From Candidatus Limnocylindria bacterium (GTDB lineage: Bacteria > Chloroflexota > Limnocylindria > P2-11E), in assembly GCA_038324015.1 (NCBI GenBank), contig JBBQHN010000001.1, forward strand, positions 1 to 59,798: 59,798 bases of DNA, read 5' to 3'. The notes under the pieces are model-generated. The model was given only the letters and a program-made list of their open reading frames with translations, ran no database searches and had not been told where the DNA came from. Positions 54,043 to 59,798 of the stretch are shown here, piece after piece. Made by a program: the position numbers and the translations under genes. Numbering within the stretch: position 1 is the first letter of the stretch; each line of letters opens with the position of its first letter.

Positions 54043-55053
54043 ATGGACTTCGGGTTCACGCTCAAGCCGGACCATTCGCTCGAGCGCGTCGTCTCGTTGA
54101 CGAAGCTCGCCGAGCGCGCGGGCTTCACGCACGGCTGGGTCTTCGACAGTCACGTCCTCTGGAAGGAGCCCTATGTGCTCCTGACCCTGATGGCACAGAA
54201 CAGCACGAAGCTCCGGCTCGGCACCTGCGTCACGAACCCCGCGACCCGCGAGCCCTCGGTGACCGCGAGCGCGCTCGCGGTGCTCCAGATCCTCTCGAAG
54301 GGCCGCATGGACCTCGGCATCGGCCGAGGCGATTCGGCGCGCCGCGTCCTTGGGAAGAAGCCGACGACGCTCGACGATCTCGAGGCGGCGACCGTCGCGA
54401 TCCGTGATCTTTGCGAGGGCCGCACAGTGACATACGACGGCACCGATCTTGTCCTCGACTGGGCCGAGGCGTATGACCTGCCGGTGTGGATCGCCGGGTA
54501 CGGCCCGAAGGCGCTCGCAATCACCGGCCGCATCGCCGACGGCGCCGTCATCCAGCTCGCCGACCCGAGCCTGGTCGGGTGGTGCGTGGGACTGCTCCGC
54601 GACGGGGCGCGCGCGGCCACGCGCGATCCGAAGGACGTGCAGGTGATGGTCGCGGCGCCCGCGCACGTCGGCACCAAGGCCGACGTCCGCGAACGGGTGC
54701 GCTGGTTCCCCGCCCTCGTGAGCAACCACGTGGTGGACCTCGTGCGCCGGTACGGCGAGCAGGGGCTGCCCGCGGACCTCACGCGTTACGTTCGCGACCG
54801 TCCGGGCTACGACTACAAGCACCATGCCGAGTCCGGATCAGCGAACGCCGGCTTCGTCGACGACGAATCGGTAGATCGGTTCTGCGTGACCGGCGACGTG
54901 AGCGAGCAGATCGAAAAGCTCCGCGCACTCGCCGAGGCCGGCATGACGCAGTTCAACATGTACCTGATGAGCGGCGATGAGGAGGAACAGCTCGAGGCCT
55001 ACGGGAGGGACATCATCCCCAAGCTCAAGGCGCTGAAGGGAGCGACGAAGTGA
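54043..55053 (+). CDS. LLM-class (luciferase-like) F420-dependent oxidoreductase
   Basis: MDFGFTLKP...LAERAGFTHGWVFDSH...LGTCVTNP.TR.P...GRMDLGIGRGD... is a typical LLM/Mer-like pattern. Confidence 0.8.
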   Translation: MDFGFTLKPDHSLERVVSLTKLAERAGFTHGWVFDSHVLWKEPYVLLTLMAQNSTKLRLGTCVTNPATREPSVTASALAVLQILSKGRMDLGIGRGDSARRVLGKKPTTLDDLEAATVAIRDLCEGRTVTYDGTDLVLDWAEAYDLPVWIAGYGPKALAITGRIADGAVIQLADPSLVGWCVGLLRDGARAATRDPKDVQVMVAAPAHVGTKADVRERVRWFPALVSNHVVDLVRRYGEQGLPADLTRYVRDRPGYDYKHHAESGSANAGFVDDESVDRFCVTGDVSEQIEKLRALAEAGMTQFNMYLMSGDEEEQLEAYGRDIIPKLKALKGATK

Positions 55054-55556
55054 ACACCCCGGAGCTGCTGGTCGAGTTCTTCAAGCACAACACGATGATG
55101 AATCGGCGGCTGCTCGAGGCCTGCTGGAGGCTCACGCCCGATCAGCTCGGCGCGACGGCCACGGGTACCTACGGCAGCATCGGCCGCACTCTCGTCCATC
55201 TCGCGAACGGCCAGGTGAGCTACACGGCGCGGCTCCTGGACACAGAACGGCCCGAGCGCCTTCTGGAGGATCCGTTCCCCGGCTTCGAGGCCCTCGCAGC
55301 GCGACTCGACCGCGGCAACGCGGAGCTCGAGCGATCTGCGACGCGCGGCGACCAGGATCGGAGCGTCCAGGTGACGGGCAACGACCCGCCAGGGACGTGG
55401 TCGATCCCCGTGCCGCTCTTCATGCTGCAGGCGATCAACCACGGCACCGAGCATCGCGCGCAGATCGCCGCGATCCTGACCCAGCTCGGGATCGAGCCGC
55501 CCGAAATGGACGGCTGGGCCTACTTCAAGGAGAGCGGGCACCTGACCCCCGTCTAG
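55050..55556 (+). CDS. DinB-family (four-helix-bundle metalloprotein) protein
   Basis: ...FKHNTMMNRRLLEA...TLVHLANGQ...INHGTEHRAQI... shows the His triad spacing of DinB/YfiT. GTGA overlap. Confidence 0.75.
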   Translation: MNTPELLVEFFKHNTMMNRRLLEACWRLTPDQLGATATGTYGSIGRTLVHLANGQVSYTARLLDTERPERLLEDPFPGFEALAARLDRGNAELERSATRGDQDRSVQVTGNDPPGTWSIPVPLFMLQAINHGTEHRAQIAAILTQLGIEPPEMDGWAYFKESGHLTPV

Positions 55557-56575
55557 CGGAGGACGAAGCCCTCGCGGAGCGGATCGTCCGGCGCGATCCA
55601 GAGCTCAGAGCGCCCGACGATCCACGCCGAGCCCGCGACCTCCGGCACGACCGCGGCGTGTGGGCCGACCTTGGCCTCCCGAAGGACGCGACCTCGGAAG
55701 CGGGTCCCGATGATGCTCTCGACGGTGAACGTCTCGCCGTCGCGCAGCCGTCCGCGCGCGTGCTCGATCGCGACCCGGGCGCTCACGCCGGTGCCCGTCG
55801 GCGAGCGGTCCACCTCACCCTCGGCGAAGACGCAGACATTCCGCGAGTCGGCGCCCGGCTCGTGCGCCCGACCCGTGAGGATCGTGCCGTACAGAAAGGA
55901 AAGATCGGCGGAATCAGGCGAATCCGGGTGCCGCACCTCGCGGCTCGCCATCACGGCGCGCTTGATCCGCATCCCCACGTCGATGCATTGGCGGAAGCCG
56001 CTCGGGTCGAGCGGCACGCCCAGCGCGTCCGCGTCGACAAAGGCGTAGAAGGCGCCCCCGAACGCGAGGTCGTAGCGGACCTCCCCGATGCCCTCGACCC
56101 GCACCGTCTCATCCAGCGCAGCGGCGAAGGACGGCACGTTCTCGAAAGCGACCTCTCGGACCCGGGCACCGTCACGCACCGCCGTCGCGGTCACGCGACC
56201 CGGCGGCGCGTCGTAGCGGATGACATCGCCCGTGTGCGCACCCGTCTCGAGGAGCGCCGTCGTGAGCGCGATGATCCCGTGGCCGCACATCGTGCTCCAG
56301 CCCTCGTTGTGCATGAACAGGACACCAAGATCGCCGTCAGGCGTGACGGGCTCGGTGAGGATCGCACCGTACATGTCCGCGTGGCCGCGAGGCTCGAACA
56401 CGATCGACCGGCGCAGGCCATCGAGATGCTCCCGCGCATAACGGCGCTTCTCGAGGATCGTCTTGCCCGGGATCGGATCGACGCCGCCGGTGATGATGCG
56501 GAGCGGCTCGCCCGCGGCATGCGTCTCCAAGGTGCCGATACGGCGCCATCCGGAGGGCGGCTCCCATCGCTTCAT
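55553..56575 (-). CDS. proline racemase-family enzyme, Cys/Thr type (predicted trans-3-hydroxy-L-proline dehydratase)
   Basis: ...THAAGEPLRII.GG...GHADMYGAIL...EGWSTMCGHG (first catalytic Cys) and ...GEVDRSPTGTG (Thr where racemases/epimerases have the second Cys). ATGA overlap with the amidohydrolase stop. Confidence 0.8.
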   Translation of the reverse strand: MKRWEPPSGWRRIGTLETHAAGEPLRIITGGVDPIPGKTILEKRRYAREHLDGLRRSIVFEPRGHADMYGAILTEPVTPDGDLGVLFMHNEGWSTMCGHGIIALTTALLETGAHTGDVIRYDAPPGRVTATAVRDGARVREVAFENVPSFAAALDETVRVEGIGEVRYDLAFGGAFYAFVDADALGVPLDPSGFRQCIDVGMRIKRAVMASREVRHPDSPDSADLSFLYGTILTGRAHEPGADSRNVCVFAEGEVDRSPTGTGVSARVAIEHARGRLRDGETFTVESIIGTRFRGRVLREAKVGPHAAVVPEVAGSAWIVGRSELWIAPDDPLREGFVLR

Positions 56576-57789
56576 GCGCGCTTCTGTACGACGCCGTCCT
56601 TCATGACGAATGCGATGGAGGCCGGGTCCTTGAACAGCCCGATGTTCGCGAGCGGATCGCCCCGCACGCCGATGATGTCGGCCCGCTTGCCCGTGACGAT
56701 GGTGCCGACGAGCGCGCCGACGCGTGCGCACTCCGCGGCGGTCTTCGTCGTCGCCACGATCGCCTGCATCGGGGTCATCCCGTTCTCGACCATGACCGCG
56801 ATCTCCTCGGCGTTCGTGCCGTGCGGCCCCACCCCGCTGTCGGTGCCCATCGCGATCTTGACCCCGGACTCGACGGCCATCCGGAACGACTGCCGGTGGG
56901 CCTCGATGACCTCCTTCGACTTGCGGACCGCGTACGGCGGCATCGCTGAAGGATCCTTCTCGGCGCGGCGCAGCACCCACATCGGCGCGATGAGCGTCGC
57001 GACGAGATACGTGCCACGCCTCTTCATCTCCGCGCAGGCCTCCTCATCGAGGTAAATGCCGTGCTCGATCGACTCGACACCGGCCAGGACGGCGTTCTTG
57101 ATCCCCTGGTTCGCCTGCGCATGGGACATGACGGTCTTGCCGGAGGCGTGAGCTTCGTAGACGACCGCCGCGATCTCCTCGGGCGAAAACCCGGTCGCGC
57201 CGGGCTCGTCGTTCGGCGAGAGCACTCCGCCGGAGGTCATGATCTTGATCTGGTCGGCGCCGGCGCGAAGGACCAGGCGGGCCGCACGCCGGACGCCGTC
57301 GATGCCATCGACCACGCCGTTCGGCCGCTCCGGATCGCCGGGCCAGATGACCACGCCGGACGGAGTCATCGAATCGCCGTGACCGCCGGTCTGCGACAGC
57401 GGCGTCACGGCGATGCGCATGCGAGGACCGGGGAACAGTCCGCGCTCCACCGCCAGCTTCACCCCGCGCGTCGTGAATCCGGCGTCGCGAACGGTGGTGA
57501 AACCCGCCTCGAGCGTCGTACGAGCGGCGGCCAGAGCCATCGCGGTGTTGAAGCTGAGCGGTGTGAGCAGCCGCTCCTGGATGTTCTGCTGCGGGACCGC
57601 AAGGTGGACGTGGCAGTCAATGAGCCCGGGCAAGATCGTCAGGTCACCCGTGTCGATGATCTCGGCGCCCTTCGGCGCGTCCGACGCGACCTTGGTGATC
57701 GCGCCGTCCTCGATGACGATGAACTGTCCACGCGTCGGATCCGCGCCGGTCCCGTCGATGAGCGTGGCCGCGCGAATGGCTGTCGTCAT
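56572..57789 (-). CDS. amidohydrolase-superfamily enzyme (COG1228-type, prolidase/imidazolonepropionase-like)
   Basis: ...LIDGTG...ILPGLIDCHVHL (HxH metal site), ...IKIM.SGG..., ...SHA..., ...IEHG..., ...GTDSG... Confidence 0.8.
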   Translation of the reverse strand: MTTAIRAATLIDGTGADPTRGQFIVIEDGAITKVASDAPKGAEIIDTGDLTILPGLIDCHVHLAVPQQNIQERLLTPLSFNTAMALAAARTTLEAGFTTVRDAGFTTRGVKLAVERGLFPGPRMRIAVTPLSQTGGHGDSMTPSGVVIWPGDPERPNGVVDGIDGVRRAARLVLRAGADQIKIMTSGGVLSPNDEPGATGFSPEEIAAVVYEAHASGKTVMSHAQANQGIKNAVLAGVESIEHGIYLDEEACAEMKRRGTYLVATLIAPMWVLRRAEKDPSAMPPYAVRKSKEVIEAHRQSFRMAVESGVKIAMGTDSGVGPHGTNAEEIAVMVENGMTPMQAIVATTKTAAECARVGALVGTIVTGKRADIIGVRGDPLANIGLFKDPASIAFVMKDGVVQKRA

Positions 57790-58742
57790 GCGATCGCCGC
57801 CTCCAGTTGCGGCCGCACCTCGGTCGCAATGCGCTCGATCGTCTCGTGATCGAACGGTGCCTTGACGTACAGGATGAAGCCGCGTGCTCCCGCCGCCCAG
57901 AGCGCGGCGCAGCGTTCCACGAGCGCGTCGACCGTGTGGATCGCATTCATCGCGAGCGGCGCTGTGGCGCGGGAGCGGCTGCGCACACGCTCGAGGTGCG
58001 CCTCGACGTCGGGCGTCCGCTCGCGAAGGATCACGTCCGGCCGGACCGTCGTGAGCGGCGTGATCTCCGCGACGTCGCGACCGATCTCGGCGCAGTGCGC
58101 CGCGAGCACGTCGAGCTTATGCCGGATGACCGCGGGGTCACCGTGGCCGTGCCAGTAGTCGGCATAGCGAGCGACCGTGCGTAGTGTCTTCTGCTCCCCG
58201 CCACCGCCGATGAGGATCGGCAGACGCCTCTGCACCGGCTTCGGCTCGGCGACCGCGTCCTTCAACCGGTAGTGCTTTCCCTCGAAGGACGAAGAGCTCT
58301 GGTCGAGCAGCAGCCGGAGCACGCGGGCCGCCTCGTCCATGCGCGCGAGGCGGCCACCTGTGCTCGGGAACGGAATGCCATACATCGCGTGCTCGGCCTC
58401 GTGCCACGCGGCGCCAAGGCCGAGGATCGCGCGGCCCGCTGACACGTGGTCCAACGTGACGGCCATCTTCGCCAGTACCGGTGGATGCCGGTACGTGTTC
58501 CCGGTGACGAGGGTCCCGAGGCGCACCGTCTTCGTGATAGCCGCCCACGCCGCCAGGAGCTCCCAGGCCTCGAACATCGGTCCTTTCGGATCTCCATCGA
58601 GCGGCACGAAGTGATCCCAGGTGAAGAGCGAGTCGAACCCGAGGCGATCCACGAGGAGCGCGGTGTCACGGAGCTCGGGCCAGGTGGTGTGCTGTGCCGG
58701 CAGGTTGATGCCCCAGTGGACCCGCGAAGCGCTGGCGGCTAT
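57786..58742 (-). CDS. LLM-class F420-dependent oxidoreductase
   Basis: ...VDRLGFDSLFTWDHF...LGTLVTGNTYRHP...GRAILGLGAAW... The track ORF starts at GTG 58652, but the conserved VHWGINLPAQHTTWPELRDTALL lies upstream in frame with no ATG/GTG/TTG back to the stop at 58788-58790. Candidate start is ATA 58742, overlapping the aminotransferase TAG (ATAG). Confidence 0.7.
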   Translation of the reverse strand: MAASASRVHWGINLPAQHTTWPELRDTALLVDRLGFDSLFTWDHFVPLDGDPKGPMFEAWELLAAWAAITKTVRLGTLVTGNTYRHPPVLAKMAVTLDHVSAGRAILGLGAAWHEAEHAMYGIPFPSTGGRLARMDEAARVLRLLLDQSSSSFEGKHYRLKDAVAEPKPVQRRLPILIGGGGEQKTLRTVARYADYWHGHGDPAVIRHKLDVLAAHCAEIGRDVAEITPLTTVRPDVILRERTPDVEAHLERVRSRSRATAPLAMNAIHTVDALVERCAALWAAGARGFILYVKAPFDHETIERIATEVRPQLEAAIA

Positions 58743-59798
58743 TCGAGCTTCCCCGTGCTGGCATAGCGGTCGGCGATCTCGAGCACCTCATCGATAGCGC
58801 GAATGCCGATGCGAAGCTCCTCCTCGGTCACGATGAGCGGAGGCGCTACGAACAGCATGTTCCAGCGGCAGAAGACATACACGTCGCGCTTGAACAGCGC
58901 GGACTTGAGCGCGTTCGCGAGCGCGCTCGACGGACCGTTCCACTGCTCGAGCATCTCCTTCGTGCCGCGGTCCTTCACGAGCTCGATGCCCCAGAAGAGT
59001 CCGCGCCCACGCACGTCGCCGATCGACGGATGCTTCCTGGCGAGCGCTTTGAGCTCACGGCCGAGGAGGTCGCCCATCGTGGCCGAGTTCCCGATCAATC
59101 CCTCGCTCTTATACGTCTCGAGCGTCGCGATACCGGCGGCGCACGCGAGGGCGTGACCGCTGTAGGTCAGGCCGCCCCAGTAGACGTTCTGGTCGAAGTG
59201 CTTCGCGACGCGCTCGTTCACGATCGCGCCACCGAGCGGCACGTAGCCCGAGGTGATGCCCTTCGCGAAGGTCATGATGTCCGGCGCCACGTTCCAGTGC
59301 TCCGCGGCGAACCACTTCCCGGTCCGTCCGAATCCGGTCATGACCTCGTCGAACACGAGCAGGATGCCGTGCTTGTCGCAGAGGGTCCGGAGGCCCTGGA
59401 GGAATCCGTCCGGCGGCACGAGCAGGCCGGATGTGCCGACGATCGGCTCGAGCAGGATGGCGGCGATGTACTGCGGACCTTCGTACCAGATGACCTCCTC
59501 GACGTGCGCGAGCGCCTTCTGCGCGTCGTCGCCGAAGAGCGAGCGGTAGGGATCCGGATTCAAGAAATGGACCACGCCGGTGATGCCGGGCTCATTGGCC
59601 CAACGACGGTTGTCGCCCCCGAGCGTCATCGCGCCCTGGGTCTGGCCATGGAAGCTCCGCCACTGGGTGAGGATCTTGTGCCGGCCGGTCGCGAGGCGAG
59701 CGAGCTTGATGGCGTTCTCGTTGGCCTCGGTGCCGCCCGTCGTGAAGATCGTCCGGGTCAGGTCGCCGGGCGTCACGTCCGCGAGCATGCGCGCGAGG
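58739..59798 (-). CDS. class III (omega-type) PLP aminotransferase, 5' end beyond window
   Basis: ...TTGGTEANE...LLEPIVGTSG...VFDEVMTGFGRTG...TFAKGITSGY (PLP Lys). The frame is open to the window edge. Confidence 0.85.
   Translation of the reverse strand, partial: LARMLADVTPGDLTRTIFTTGGTEANENAIKLARLATGRHKILTQWRSFHGQTQGAMTLGGDNRRWANEPGITGVVHFLNPDPYRSLFGDDAQKALAHVEEVIWYEGPQYIAAILLEPIVGTSGLLVPPDGFLQGLRTLCDKHGILLVFDEVMTGFGRTGKWFAAEHWNVAPDIMTFAKGITSGYVPLGGAIVNERVAKHFDQNVYWGGLTYSGHALACAAGIATLETYKSEGLIGNSATMGDLLGRELKALARKHPSIGDVRGRGLFWGIELVKDRGTKEMLEQWNGPSSALANALKSALFKRDVYVFCRWNMLFVAPPLIVTEEELRIGIRAIDEVLEIADRYASTGKLE

Noticed and set aside
1-59798. Scan for tRNA/rRNA, CRISPR repeats, IS or integrase genes, and long direct repeats
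   Set aside because: By eye I found no T-loop-type GGTTCGAATCC-like elements outside coding context, no spaced short repeats, and no transposase, integrase or reverse-transcriptase motifs. A computational scan (tRNAscan-SE, Infernal, MinCED, ISEScan) would be needed for certainty.

Overview
This is a GC-rich, very densely packed bacterial chromosomal segment with strong G/C bias at third codon positions. I saw no rRNA, tRNA, CRISPR array, transposase, integrase or prophage signature; it reads as core/metabolic genome. All family names come from motif recognition by eye, and no database search was run.

Layout, left to right:
- corA, a receiver-only response regulator, an S9 peptidase and a membrane adenylate cyclase.
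- The conserved minus-strand string prmC, (degenerate mgsA-like), tsaC, rpiB, glyA, upp, wecA, joined by 1-4 nt stop/start overlaps.
- A coupled plus-strand operon: tldD, pmbA, unknown gene, uppP, SDR, NAPRTase-like, TauE.
- A lipid-oxidation operon (acyl-CoA dehydrogenase, fadD, GMC oxidase) and ubiE/menG.
- Two PIG-L deacetylases, a second S9 peptidase, a membrane Moco oxidoreductase, and a YceI/MarR pair.
- A long MurNAc/peptidoglycan-recycling cluster: two GH3 enzymes, a beta-lactamase-fold hydrolase, anmK, a sugar kinase, murQ, YdjC and GHL10.
- An XRE / SIS / NERD locus, an OmpR-type two-component system with tandem GNATs, and a zinc-ribbon gene.
- An F420 module (cofE, PPOX, LLM, DinB).
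- A minus-strand operon: aminotransferase, LLM, amidohydrolase, Cys/Thr proline-racemase-family dehydratase.

Many long ORFs in the track are Arg/Pro-rich antisense shadows typical of high-GC DNA and are rejected.

The most notable observations are:
1. At least four, possibly six, well-conserved genes have N-terminal coding sequence with no in-frame ATG/GTG/TTG. Translation must start at near-cognate codons (CTG, ATA), three of them inside CTGA/ATAG stop-start overlaps.
2. The operon pairs a predicted trans-3-hydroxyproline dehydratase with an F420-type LLM oxidoreductase.
3. The mgsA-like gene has an in-frame deletion of its catalytic loop.
4. The MurNAc cluster lacks obvious NagA/AmpD but carries YdjC, GHL10 and a GlmS-like SIS protein.

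I found no classical defence or mobile system.
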